In this document: positions 8,835 through 18,380 of the stretch, piece by piece
Position numbering within the stretch: the stretch's first letter is position 1
Layout: every line of letters starts with the position of its first letter
From: an uncultured Candidatus Saccharibacteria bacterium
GTDB lineage: Bacteria > Patescibacteriota > Saccharimonadia > QS-5-54-17
DNA: 62,352 bases
Assembly (NCBI GenBank): GCA_964415975.1
Contig: CAYQCN010000002.1
Span: 1-62,352, forward strand
Direction of reading: 5' to 3'
The notes under the pieces: model-generated
What the model was told of the DNA's origin: nothing
The model's input: only the letters and a program-made list of their open reading frames with translations
The model's database searches: none
Position numbers and translations under genes: made by a program

Positions 8835-9239
8835 ATGTTTAAACCGCGACAACAGCGTATTCGTGGCCTTATAATTCACGAGCAGGATGTACTACTAGTT
8901 AAGCACGTAGGAGGCAAAAACCAGTGGACTTTACCCGGTGGCGGGATGCGTATTGATGAAAGCCCGGAAGATACGCTAAAGCGCGAGATATATGAAGAGC
9001 TAAATCTCGATATCAATATAGTTGGCGATATTGGCACAGCAGATGTTGATCGATATGGTGCACTTACTACTTACCACATACTGACGGCTAATACTATAAA
9101 AACTGTACTTAAGCCAGACCCAGTAGAGCTGCGCGAGGCAAGATGGTTTGACTTAAAAGCTCTGCCCGATGACTGCTCGGAATTAGTGCGGGTGGCTGCT
9201 GGAAAGTATTTGGATGAAAATGGTGCCGTAAAAGACTGA
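8835..9239 (+). CDS. NUDIX hydrolase (start 8835 ATG; alternative TTG at 8781)
   Basis: Nudix box GGGMRIDESPEDTLKREIYEELNL. Confidence 0.8.
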   Translation: MFKPRQQRIRGLIIHEQDVLLVKHVGGKNQWTLPGGGMRIDESPEDTLKREIYEELNLDINIVGDIGTADVDRYGALTTYHILTANTIKTVLKPDPVELREARWFDLKALPDDCSELVRVAAGKYLDENGAVKD

Positions 9240-9271
9240 AATTGAAGCTATGACCCTATTTAGGTTTGGTA

Positions 9272-9299
9272 TTGACATAAGGGCGAATATTGTTAAAAT
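9272..9299 (+). promoter_or_regulatory. Sigma70-like promoter TTGACA-16 nt-TAAAAT (with TGt extension)
   Basis: TTGACA at 9272-9277 and TAAAAT at 9294-9299. About 100-nt leader before ATG 9402. Confidence 0.45.
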
Positions 9300-9401
9300 A
9301 CTTTTGTGCTTAAATAAAAAGCATAATTCGATAGGTACTGTTCTACGTTTTATATAAGGGTATTAGCCCAGAGGAATAGCATTCTACATTTAATTTCGCT
9401 T

Positions 9402-10565
9402 ATGTCACCTAGTGTGTACGTAGCAAAATTATATCGAAACTTATTGTTGCTGTTGGTGGTAGCGGCAATATTGATGGTTACGGGGGTTGTGTCGGTATCG
9501 GCAGATAGCGAACGCTCAACTGTAGCTATTACTATATTTGCAGATGGCGAGACCTATGCGGTTACAACCGACGCTGAGACAGTCGGTGAAGTGCTTGAAC
9601 GTGCTGAGATTGAGGTAAATGATAAAGACTTAGTTGAGCCATCTCTCGATAGAGATATATCTAGTGATACTTTTGCTATCAATGTATATAGGTCTAGGCC
9701 AGTAATAGTAGTGGATGAAGACGGGGAGCGCGAGAAGCTTAAAACAGCCTATCGCAGCAAACGCAACATTGCAGAAGCGGCCGAGTCGTTTGATATTTAT
9801 GATGAAGATGAATTTAGCTCTGAGTTGATAACAGATTTCTTGAGCGCTGAATATGTAGGGTACCGTGTGCATATAGAACGTGCTACGCCAGTCAATTTAA
9901 TAACCAGTGGCGAACCATCTGAAGTGCGTACCCACGCTGAGACGGTTGCCGAACTGTTTGAAGATAAGGGGCTGGAAATAGGTGATGACGATGTAGTCGA
10001 GCCGGGCTTGGATGTTGCGATTGAGTCGGGCATGGATATAAAGTTGGTGCGCATTGGATATGAGACTATCACTGAGGAAGTTGAGCTAGAGCCAGAGACC
10101 GAAGAGATTCGAGACAACGATATGCCGGTTGGCCAGCGAGAAGTGGAAAATGCCGGTTCGCCTGGATTGGCATCCATAACTTATGACATCAAATATGAGG
10201 ATGGCGAAGAAGTGCGTCGTGAAGAGATAAATCGAGATGTAATTGAAGAGCCAGTGACAAGAGTAGTTGTGGTTGGCAATAAGACCAACTATGATGGTGG
10301 GCCGCTGAATGAAGAGCAGATGAATGCTTTGGGTTTCTGCGAAAGCGGGATGACCGCTGATAGAAATACAGGCAACGGATTTTACGGTGCATTCCAGTTT
10401 TTGCCAGCTACATGGAGGTCTGTGCATGATGGTCCGTACAACATGCCGCACGAGGCACCGTTAGCAGTCCAGAAAGAGGCTGTGCAAACACTGCTTTCGC
10501 GCTCAAGTATCTATACCCAGTTCCCTGCTTGTGCCCAGCAAATGCGCAGGGACGGCATTCTCTAG
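9402..10565 (+). CDS. RpfB-like secreted peptidoglycan hydrolase (DUF348 repeats, G5, Rpf-type transglycosylase domain)
   Basis: N-terminal TM/signal. Repeated segments of the form 'V.V..DG....V.T.A.TV.E.L' resembling DUF348. G5-like segment '..ENAGSPGLASITYDIKYEDGEEV..'. C-terminus GFCESG...NTGNGFYGAFQFLPATW, as in Rpf domains. Confidence 0.85.
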   Translation: MSPSVYVAKLYRNLLLLLVVAAILMVTGVVSVSADSERSTVAITIFADGETYAVTTDAETVGEVLERAEIEVNDKDLVEPSLDRDISSDTFAINVYRSRPVIVVDEDGEREKLKTAYRSKRNIAEAAESFDIYDEDEFSSELITDFLSAEYVGYRVHIERATPVNLITSGEPSEVRTHAETVAELFEDKGLEIGDDDVVEPGLDVAIESGMDIKLVRIGYETITEEVELEPETEEIRDNDMPVGQREVENAGSPGLASITYDIKYEDGEEVRREEINRDVIEEPVTRVVVVGNKTNYDGGPLNEEQMNALGFCESGMTADRNTGNGFYGAFQFLPATWRSVHDGPYNMPHEAPLAVQKEAVQTLLSRSSIYTQFPACAQQMRRDGIL

Positions 10566-10608
10566 CAGTCAGAAAAACTTACAAACCTTACATGTTAAAA
10601 TAGTCCTC

Positions 10609-11049
10609 ATGCAGAGCTTTATTGCAGACAGCCATTACGTACTAGTTTTCCAAAAAGACGAACCTTTGATCGCCAATCTAGAAGGTTTCTGCGAGGCTCA
10701 TGAGATAACAGCTGGTTTTTTCCATGGTTTGGGAGGGGCTATGAGTGTGGAGCTTGGCTACTACCACTTGGATCGTAAAGAGTACGAATTTAATAAACTT
10801 GATGAAGTCTTAGAGATTGCTAGTTTGCATGGCAATGTAGCTCTAAAAGACGGAGAGCCTTTTGTTCATGCGCATGGAGTCTTTTCCGATGCAGAGCTTA
10901 AGACATATGCCGGCCATGTTAAGGAGCTGGTGGTAGGTGGTACATGTGAGATCCACTTGCAGGTATTTGATGCTAAGTGGCAACGTGAAAAAGATGATGC
11001 AACTGGATTGTCGTTAATGAGCTTGCAACGTGAGCGACATACCAAATAA
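10609..11049 (+). CDS. PPC/DUF296-like domain protein
   Basis: About 146 aa from MQSFIADSHYVLVF, with LHGNVALKDGEPFVHAHGVFSD typical of PPC-domain proteins. The ORF-track N-terminus (from 10531) overlaps the rpf-like gene. Confidence 0.65.
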   Translation: MQSFIADSHYVLVFQKDEPLIANLEGFCEAHEITAGFFHGLGGAMSVELGYYHLDRKEYEFNKLDEVLEIASLHGNVALKDGEPFVHAHGVFSDAELKTYAGHVKELVVGGTCEIHLQVFDAKWQREKDDATGLSLMSLQRERHTK

Positions 11050-11818
11050 AGCACTCGGTCAGCACTGGTTGTTTGATCGGCCGACTTTAGATCGTATTGC
11101 AGGGCTGGCAGATTTAAGCTCAAAAGATACGGTGCTAGAGATTGGTCCGGGTCTTGGTAGCCTGACAGAAGTGCTATGTGAGCGGGCCGGTAATGTAGTA
11201 GCGATAGAGGCAGATCCAAGCCTGGCTGAAAGCTTAAGCTCCAGGGTGAGACATGGCAACTTAGAAGTAGTAAGCGAGGACATATTACAGTATGATCTGA
11301 GGCTTATGCCTAAAGACTACAAAGTAGTTGCCAATGTACCCTACTATATTAGTTCGCAGATATTGCGACGTCTTTGGGGTGGTGTGGCGCCTCCGGCTTT
11401 AGCAGTCTTGTTGCTGCAAAAAGAAGTAGCTGAGCGAGTAGCGGCCGGACCTGGCGATATGTCAATATTGGCATTTAGTGTGCAATATTATGCAGATGTG
11501 AGCTTAGGCGATACAGTACTAAAAGAACTATTCGAGCCGGCGCCACAAGTTGATTCGGTGATCTTGCAGATGAAAAAGCGCCAGCACCCATACTTTGAGG
11601 CCGATGAACAGCAACTCTTCCGAATAGTGAAGGCCGGCTTCGGTGAACGGCGCAAAAAACTAGCCAATGCACTGGCCGGTGGGCTGCAGCTCGATAAAGA
11701 AACGTCTCAGCAATTAGTAGCAGACGCTGGGCTTGATGTTAATGTACGCGCTCAAGAGCTGTCTATGCAGCAATGGCAAGAACTGTATCATGCGTGGTAT
11801 CATCAAATTGATAAGTAG
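11030..11818 (+). CDS. rsmA: 16S rRNA (adenine1518/1519-N6)-dimethyltransferase
   Basis: LGQHWL, SAM motif VLEIGPGLGSLT, and VANVPYYISS. GTG start. Confidence 0.9.
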   Translation: MSDIPNKALGQHWLFDRPTLDRIAGLADLSSKDTVLEIGPGLGSLTEVLCERAGNVVAIEADPSLAESLSSRVRHGNLEVVSEDILQYDLRLMPKDYKVVANVPYYISSQILRRLWGGVAPPALAVLLLQKEVAERVAAGPGDMSILAFSVQYYADVSLGDTVLKELFEPAPQVDSVILQMKKRQHPYFEADEQQLFRIVKAGFGERRKKLANALAGGLQLDKETSQQLVADAGLDVNVRAQELSMQQWQELYHAWYHQIDK

Positions 11819-11846
11819 TAAGCTGAAACAACTATAATTCATTTTT

Positions 11847-12596
11847 ATGCAGGCTACCCTAGCAACAACCGAAGACATAATAGGCATCGTCTATGTACAG
11901 GCTACGACTTGGATTGCCACTTATCAGAGTGATAAATATGACATTCTAGAGTCTGACCTACGGGCAATTGACTGGCATGGCAAAATACCAGCTTGGCAGC
12001 ACATGGTGAAGAGCAGTGATTACAATGTGTATGTCGTTAAGTCTAGCGATGGCAGCGTGCATGGCTTTGCGTCTTTGATGTGTGATGCTGAGGAGGAAAG
12101 CAAGCTGCAGGATATGTATGTCTTACCCGAGTTCCAATCTAGAGGCATCGGAAGTGAGTTGATGCAAAGAATACTTGCTGATACCGACGTACCGATAAGT
12201 TTGCACGTAGCTGATTACAATAAGCAGGCGATAGGTTTTTATGATTCGTTTGGGTTTGTTAGCACTGGCGGGGTGAGTCAGTATAAGCTGCCTAATGACA
12301 AAACTATACCCACTATCGAGATGCGCTACAGACCAAATTTCACTGAGCCTGAGGAGACTACTCAAGAACCGCAGCTTGTCAGCAGGGCTAAGTTGGCGCA
12401 TATGCTCAATGAGCGTGAGAGCACTATCAAGTGGTATGTAGAGCTGGGGTTGCTGCCCTTTGAGCAGGCAGGCGAGGGGTTGCGCAGATATTTTGATGTC
12501 GAGGTTGCCCGTGATAGATATGGGCAGATTAAGCATTTGCAATCTATGGGCTATTCTCTTGAGGATATAGCAGATTATTGGCAATCTAGTGAATAG
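11847..12596 (+). CDS. GNAT N-acetyltransferase fused to a C-terminal MerR-type HTH
   Basis: GNAT motif A QSRGIGSELMQ. The C-terminal ~65 aa KLAHMLNERESTIKWYVELGLLPF...RRYF...IKHLQSMGYSLEDI match the MerR HTH-wing pattern. Confidence 0.8.
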   Translation: MQATLATTEDIIGIVYVQATTWIATYQSDKYDILESDLRAIDWHGKIPAWQHMVKSSDYNVYVVKSSDGSVHGFASLMCDAEEESKLQDMYVLPEFQSRGIGSELMQRILADTDVPISLHVADYNKQAIGFYDSFGFVSTGGVSQYKLPNDKTIPTIEMRYRPNFTEPEETTQEPQLVSRAKLAHMLNERESTIKWYVELGLLPFEQAGEGLRRYFDVEVARDRYGQIKHLQSMGYSLEDIADYWQSSE

Positions 12597-12613
12597 GTGT
12601 AGTATTAAAGGTA

Positions 12614-14362
12614 ATGCTTATACGTGCTGTCTTTTTTGGCATAACCATATCCGTCTTTGCTTGGCTGAGCAGCCCAACTGTAGCTGCCGGTTCGCCCTTA
12701 GTTAATACCAGGGTGGTTATAGACGACCCAGACGGCCTGGCCGAAGTCAGTCACAGTTTTGACTTGAGTGACTTGCAGACAGCAGAGTTTTATTTGCTGG
12801 GCGAAGATGTTGAAGATCTTCACATAACAGATGAAAGCGGAGAAGAGCTGTCATTAGAGTATGATACCCGCTCCTCATGGACTGGAGGTCATAATTCATC
12901 GCACAAGGTCATCTCTGCAGACGGGTTGCATGGAGAAGAAATAGTTATCCAGTACAAGACCAACGACATCTTGCACAGTGATGGTGAGAATATGAGGACG
13001 ATCGTAGCCAATCTCGATGGCGGGCTAGGGATTGATTGGGAACTGGATGTATTGCTGCATGACGATTTGCGCTCTATCAACTACCAACCCACCTTAAAAG
13101 ATGTAGCTAGAATTGGTGATTATAGGCGGTTTACTTTCAGTAGCCAAGATTATCAGCGACCGATAATTGGCCTATCGGCGTCGACTGGCCAGAAGTTTGA
13201 GCTTAGTCAATCAGTTGGGCTGCCGAGTCCAATTTTGCGGCCTCGTGAATATGGCGTGTTTATTCCTAGTGACACCCACAGCCAGACTGCCTATATATTC
13301 GACGGATCAATACCTGAGAATGTCTATGGATTTGTAGACAGGCTCGGGAATGTAATGCTCAATAAGCGAGTCTGGCGACCTGGATCTACTGAGCTGGAGA
13401 TAAAGTCTATAGTGAGGGTCGAGCATCTTCGCTATGACCCTTCTTCTGCTGGCGGCATAGACGAAGAGATAGAGGGTAAAGATATATATCTCGACTCTGA
13501 TCGTTATTGGCCGACAGATGGTGAAATAGCAAATCGTGGCTCTAGTTTGGTTGAAGGTTCTGAAACTAGCTGGGAAGCGGTGCGTTTGTTGCACGATTGG
13601 GTTAAAGACAATATAGAGTTTGATTTTGAAAGTAGCTCTCGAGTGTCTGCTGATGAAATTTTGGAAGCAGAGTCTGGCAATGCTCAGAGTGTTGCCGATT
13701 TATTGGTAGCCCTTTTGCGCAGTCAGGACATACCGGCTCGAGTAGTCAAAGGTGCGGTCACCGATGGCGCTGGAGTCGGAAGCGACGGCAGTCACACTTG
13801 GGTAGAGGCATATGTATCTGGAGTGGGGTGGGTCATGCTAGACCCTTTATGGGCAGATATATTCGACAGTTTTGGCTACATTACTTCGGACCGAGTAGCT
13901 GTAGCTCGTATAGCAAATGAAGATCAATACAGGGAGTATAAGCGCTACGAATCTAAATACAGTATGGAGCTAGATAACGAGTCATGGCCACAGGAAGATG
14001 CTGTATTAGAGTCGAGTGTAGTGCAATATGCGGTTGTGCCGGGAGTGTTTTATGAGCGCAAGTTTATAATCAATAAAAGCGGATGGGTGGTAGACGATGT
14101 GGCATGGGAGGATGAAGATATTAGCGGCTCGTTAGCGCCCTGGATGCGAACTAGCTTAGGCAGCGGTTGGAGCTTTGGCTTTGATGTTAGCCGACTCAAT
14201 GTCAGCGTAGATGATGAGCCAGTGGCTTTTACCCACTCTAGGTCTTGGTGGCCATTTATAATATTTTTGACAGTCGCTATTACTGTCGGCATGATACAAT
14301 TTTACAGATATCGTATAAGACACTACTTAAGGAGACGTACCAATGGCCAAATTTTTTCTTAG
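12614..14362 (+). CDS. Transglutaminase-like domain membrane protein (nucleophile Cys apparently replaced)
   Basis: Signal peptide and a C-terminal TM helix. Core reads GNAQSVADLLVALLRSQDIPARVV...GSHTWVEAYVSGVGWVMLDP. Confidence 0.75.
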   Translation: MLIRAVFFGITISVFAWLSSPTVAAGSPLVNTRVVIDDPDGLAEVSHSFDLSDLQTAEFYLLGEDVEDLHITDESGEELSLEYDTRSSWTGGHNSSHKVISADGLHGEEIVIQYKTNDILHSDGENMRTIVANLDGGLGIDWELDVLLHDDLRSINYQPTLKDVARIGDYRRFTFSSQDYQRPIIGLSASTGQKFELSQSVGLPSPILRPREYGVFIPSDTHSQTAYIFDGSIPENVYGFVDRLGNVMLNKRVWRPGSTELEIKSIVRVEHLRYDPSSAGGIDEEIEGKDIYLDSDRYWPTDGEIANRGSSLVEGSETSWEAVRLLHDWVKDNIEFDFESSSRVSADEILEAESGNAQSVADLLVALLRSQDIPARVVKGAVTDGAGVGSDGSHTWVEAYVSGVGWVMLDPLWADIFDSFGYITSDRVAVARIANEDQYREYKRYESKYSMELDNESWPQEDAVLESSVVQYAVVPGVFYERKFIINKSGWVVDDVAWEDEDISGSLAPWMRTSLGSGWSFGFDVSRLNVSVDDEPVAFTHSRSWWPFIIFLTVAITVGMIQFYRYRIRHYLRRRTNGQIFS

Positions 14363-15773
14363 TACGCCTATCTACTACATCAATGATCAGGCTCACATTG
14401 GCACTGCCTACACTACTATAGCGGCCGATGTTATGGCTAGGTATAGGCGCGCTCAAGGTGATGAAGTGCTATTTACAACAGGCACTGATGAAAATAGCCA
14501 AAAAACCGTCAAGGCAGCCGAGGAGGCTGGTCAAGATTTGGGTGAGTATGTCGATAAAATGGCAAAAGAATGGAAGCAGACTTTTGATGAGCTAGATATT
14601 AGCTATAGTCAGTTCGTTCGCACCACCGAAGAGCGACACCAGAAGTCGGTCTATGCCTTGCTTGAGAGCATACGCGATAAAGGCGATATTTACCAAGGTG
14701 TATACGAGGGATTATATTGTTCTGGCTGTGAAGATTTTGTAAAGCAGTCCGAACTGATAGATGGAAAGTGCGCCGAACACGATCGGCAGCCTCAGGCGTT
14801 GAAAGAGAATAACTACTTCTTCAAATTAAGCCAATATCAAGACAAGCTGCTCAGTTACATCGAAGAGCACCCAGATTTTATACAACCAGACTCCAGACGT
14901 CATGAGGTTAAGGCCTTTATAGAAAGAGGTCTAGAAGATATTAGTATTACCAGGGAAGGACAAGAATGGGGCATACCTTACCCTTTTGACTCCGAGCATA
15001 CGATATATGTCTGGGCTGAGGCGCTGATTAATTATCTGACAGTAACAGGTTACCCGGGAGAAGATTACAAAGAATGGTGGCCGGTCGATGTGCATTTGGT
15101 TGGCAAAGGAATTATTAAGTTTCACTGCATAATCTGGCCGGCCATGCTGATGAGTGCTGGACTTGAGATGCCGAAGCAGATCTTTGCTCACGGACATCTA
15201 AACTTAGCCGGCAAAAAGATGTCTAAGTCACTAGGTAATATTATCGGGCCTAGGGAGATGATGGACAATTATGGTGTTGATGCGACGCGTTATTTACTTT
15301 TGCGAGATACTCCTTTTGGCCAAGACGGCGATGTTACTAGGGACAGATTTCATGATGTATATGTCAGCGAGTTAGCAGATGATCTAGGTAACTTAGTCAG
15401 TCGAGTGAGTGCAATGCTCAAGAAATATTGCAATGGCATGATTGGCCCTATTTCCGATCCGGCCCATGACACCTCTAGATATCACCGGGCAATGGACGAG
15501 TGGAGGCTGGATACAGCTCTGCACGTTGTATCGGAGTTCGTAAAAGACCTCAATCTTTACATTGAGGAACAGAAGCCTTGGGAGGTAGCAAAAACTGACA
15601 ACGAACATGTGAGAGATATACTTTCTTACCTATCAAGCAATCTAGTAGAAGTGGCGGGGCTTTTAGCCCCATTTATGCCGCAGACTGCAGAGAGGATAGA
15701 GGGTGCTTTTGGCGGTGACCAGCTACAAGAACTAGAGGGCCCATTGTTCCCCAAAGAGCATGCAACTGATTGA
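14343..15773 (+). CDS. metG: Methionyl-tRNA synthetase (short form)
   Basis: HIGT (HIGH) and KMSKS motifs, plus a CSGC...C.EH zinc knuckle. 20-nt overlap with the upstream gene. Confidence 0.95.
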   Translation: MAKFFLSTPIYYINDQAHIGTAYTTIAADVMARYRRAQGDEVLFTTGTDENSQKTVKAAEEAGQDLGEYVDKMAKEWKQTFDELDISYSQFVRTTEERHQKSVYALLESIRDKGDIYQGVYEGLYCSGCEDFVKQSELIDGKCAEHDRQPQALKENNYFFKLSQYQDKLLSYIEEHPDFIQPDSRRHEVKAFIERGLEDISITREGQEWGIPYPFDSEHTIYVWAEALINYLTVTGYPGEDYKEWWPVDVHLVGKGIIKFHCIIWPAMLMSAGLEMPKQIFAHGHLNLAGKKMSKSLGNIIGPREMMDNYGVDATRYLLLRDTPFGQDGDVTRDRFHDVYVSELADDLGNLVSRVSAMLKKYCNGMIGPISDPAHDTSRYHRAMDEWRLDTALHVVSEFVKDLNLYIEEQKPWEVAKTDNEHVRDILSYLSSNLVEVAGLLAPFMPQTAERIEGAFGGDQLQELEGPLFPKEHATD

Positions 15774-16515
15774 TACGCACACCCATCCGCATATGCAAGG
15801 GTATAAGCTCTCTTCTAGTGATTTTTTTCAAAAGACCAGAAAAGAAGGGGTCGGTGATATAGTCTGTATCGGTACAGATAGCGGTGATAGTCATAGGGCT
15901 ATAGAGTTTGCTAGGCGGCATAACACATGGGCTAGTGTAGGATTGCACCCCCATGACGCTTCTCGGCACCATGAAGATTTTCTAAGTATTAAGCAGCTTT
16001 TGCCTGATGAGAGAGTAGTGGCTATAGGTGAGTGCGGGCTGGATTATCATTATCTAAACTCTACTAAAGAAGAGCAAAAAGAAGCATTGCATGCGCAGAT
16101 AAACTTGGCCAAGCAGTACAATTTACCACTCGTATTCCATATTAGAGAGGCTTTTGATGACTTCTTTGCTATATTCGATATGCATAAAGGTATCAATGGA
16201 GTTGTACACTCATTTACTGCGGATATCGCTACTATGGAGGCTTGCATACAGCGTGGCTTGATGATTGGTGTAAACGGTATAGCGACATTTGCCAAAGACC
16301 CAAGCCTTACAAACGCACTAGTAAGTTTGCCGCTGGACAGTCTAGTCCTGGAAACAGATGCTCCCTTCTTGACCCCTGAACCATATCGTGGTACTATTAA
16401 CCATTCGGGCAACACCCGTGTAGTGGCAGAGTATATTGCAAAAATAAGAGGCGAATCATTTGACATGATAGCCGAAACTACTACACAAAACGCCCGTCGA
16501 TTATTTTCTATATGA
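15760..16515 (+). CDS. tatD: TatD-family metal-dependent hydrolase/DNase
   Basis: IDTHTHP, GECGLDYH, VHSF and ETDAPFL motifs. Confidence 0.9.
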   Translation: MQLIDTHTHPHMQGYKLSSSDFFQKTRKEGVGDIVCIGTDSGDSHRAIEFARRHNTWASVGLHPHDASRHHEDFLSIKQLLPDERVVAIGECGLDYHYLNSTKEEQKEALHAQINLAKQYNLPLVFHIREAFDDFFAIFDMHKGINGVVHSFTADIATMEACIQRGLMIGVNGIATFAKDPSLTNALVSLPLDSLVLETDAPFLTPEPYRGTINHSGNTRVVAEYIAKIRGESFDMIAETTTQNARRLFSI

Positions 16516-16829
16516 ATCAACAACACAATCCACACGAGTTTCCAGTACCCGAACAGTTCCGTGGCCAGTTTCAGACTGGAGCTAGGGATGAAGGTCAAGA
16601 CGTCGGCTCCAAGGCAGCTGGGAGCGAAGGCGCATCCGCTATAGATATGGCTAGATGGGCAGTTGCAGAGGCTGTCGGTCCAGATAGCTTAGGTGGCTCA
16701 ACAGAGTCAATGCATCAAGAATCAGGCGCTAAAGAGGTTACTCCAAGCAGCCCGGAAGCTACTGTAGGTCGTGTTTATTCTATCGGTCAGGAGCTAGACA
16801 GACTGCGTAACCGTATGCTAGAAGGTTAA
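16512..16829 (+). CDS. Hypothetical, largely disordered 105-aa protein
   Basis: ATGA coupling to tatD. No recognisable domain. Confidence 0.5.
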   Translation: MNQQHNPHEFPVPEQFRGQFQTGARDEGQDVGSKAAGSEGASAIDMARWAVAEAVGPDSLGGSTESMHQESGAKEVTPSSPEATVGRVYSIGQELDRLRNRMLEG

Positions 16830-16834
16830 ATCTG

Positions 16835-17209
16835 ATGGGTGTTAGCAATCACTTCACCGCACTAGCCGGCCTTAATCGCTTCTTCAGCAAGAAGTTGAGT
16901 CGTAATGGATTGATTCAAAAAGAGATTAAATCTACAAGCGACATATTCCCACAAGAGCAAGGTCACAAGTATGATTTCTTTTACTATGGATATATAGATG
17001 ATGATACACAAGAGTGGGTATTTCATGATTGGCAAAAACCTGGCAAGGATTGGCAGGTATCGACTGTAAGATATTTAGTAAAACCGGATAGAGTATATAG
17101 AGCAACGGAAGGTTCATCATACCAAGAGATTGGCGGTGTAGAGCTAGAGCGTTTTGAGCGGGCCGTAATGCGATATTACAATCGAGTAGCTGAAACAATT
17201 TATAATTAG
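16835..17209 (+). CDS. Hypothetical 124-aa protein
   Basis: Starts 5 nt after the previous stop. Aromatic-rich globular sequence with no recognisable domain. Confidence 0.55.
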   Translation: MGVSNHFTALAGLNRFFSKKLSRNGLIQKEIKSTSDIFPQEQGHKYDFFYYGYIDDDTQEWVFHDWQKPGKDWQVSTVRYLVKPDRVYRATEGSSYQEIGGVELERFERAVMRYYNRVAETIYN

Positions 17210-17216
17210 AGATATT

Positions 17217-18368
17217 ATGATATATCTTGATCATGCATCAGCCACTCCAGTTGATAACGCTGTTTTAGATGCTATGCGCCCTTATTGGCAAGATTATTTT
17301 TATAATCCATCAGGTCTATATAGGGCGAGCCGAGAGATAAAGCGCGAGCTTCAGAACATTCGCTCTAGGTCAGCTAGCACAATTGGAGCGCAAGCACACG
17401 AAGTCTATTATACAGCTGGCGCCACAGAGGCTAACAATATGGCTATTGGTGGTATAGCTAAGATGTATCCGGGGCGTAAAATCGTAATTAGCCAGATTGA
17501 ACATGATGCAGTTCGGCGCGTAGCTCATGAGGCTGCTCAGACTCGGGAAGTGCAAGTAGACAAAGAGGGTCGTATAAGCAATAAAAGCTTAAGTGAGGCT
17601 ATCGATGACGAGACAGTTCTTGTCAGCATTGAGCACGTCAATAGCGAGATTGGCACTGTTCAGTCTTTGCGAAAAGTGGCGGCCTTGGTCGAGCAAATAA
17701 AAGATAGCCGTCTTCAACGTGGGGTGGAGACCCCGTTATATCTGCATACTGACGCCTCTCAAGCCATCGATGTTTTAACGTTTGATGTAGAGGCTCTAGG
17801 CGTCGATATGGCCACCATCAATGGGGCCAAGATTTATGGTCCTAAGCAAAGTGGTTTGCTGTATGTGCGAAAAGGAGTGGAAGTAGCACCTTTGCTGCAT
17901 GGAGGGGGTCAGGAGCGAGGTATTAGGGCCGGTACCGAAAATGTAGCTTTTGCAGCTGGATTGGCTAAGGCCCTAGATATAGCAACAGAAGGTCGCAAAG
18001 AGCGACAAAAAAAATATGAGTTATTACAGTCGATCTGGCTTGAATTCATAGACAACACAGACGGAATAGAGCTCAATGGTAGTCGCAGACATCGAGTCCC
18101 GTCCAATATTAATATTGGATTGAAGGGTGTAGACGGAGAGATGTTAGTCCACTATTTGGATGCAGGGGGTGTACAGGTGTCGACAGGTGCGGCCTGCGCG
18201 GCCAATCATGATTCGCCCAGCCATGTGCTAAAAGCGATAGGGCTCGATGAGGCACTTATTCAAGGCTCTTTGCGTCTCAGTTTTGGTCGTCAGACCCAAA
18301 AAACGGATGCAAAGGATGCAATAAAAATTTTGTCTAAGTCTGTTGCCAGATTACGCTCAAGTCAGTGA
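17217..18368 (+). CDS. Cysteine desulfurase (class V aminotransferase, NifS/IscS-like)
   Basis: YLDHASATP, HTDASQA, PLP-Lys context NGAKIYGPK, and active-site STGAAC. Confidence 0.9.
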   Translation: MIYLDHASATPVDNAVLDAMRPYWQDYFYNPSGLYRASREIKRELQNIRSRSASTIGAQAHEVYYTAGATEANNMAIGGIAKMYPGRKIVISQIEHDAVRRVAHEAAQTREVQVDKEGRISNKSLSEAIDDETVLVSIEHVNSEIGTVQSLRKVAALVEQIKDSRLQRGVETPLYLHTDASQAIDVLTFDVEALGVDMATINGAKIYGPKQSGLLYVRKGVEVAPLLHGGGQERGIRAGTENVAFAAGLAKALDIATEGRKERQKKYELLQSIWLEFIDNTDGIELNGSRRHRVPSNINIGLKGVDGEMLVHYLDAGGVQVSTGAACAANHDSPSHVLKAIGLDEALIQGSLRLSFGRQTQKTDAKDAIKILSKSVARLRSSQ

Positions 18369-18380
18369 TATACTAAAGTT

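Noticed and set aside
9300-9401. Cyclic-di-AMP (ydaO) riboswitch upstream of the Rpf-like gene, and similarly at ~26880-26990 upstream of LysM-CHAP.
   Set aside because: The conserved GGGGA/ACGGGG-type cores are absent. Only a weak CCGAAACCG...TAATCCTAAG resemblance exists at 26930-26965, and that stretch may be coding.
15133-15165. CTGATGAG...CGAAGC inside metG resembles a hammerhead ribozyme core.
   Set aside because: The required CGAAAC and the three-stem context are missing, and the sequence is within a conserved coding region.
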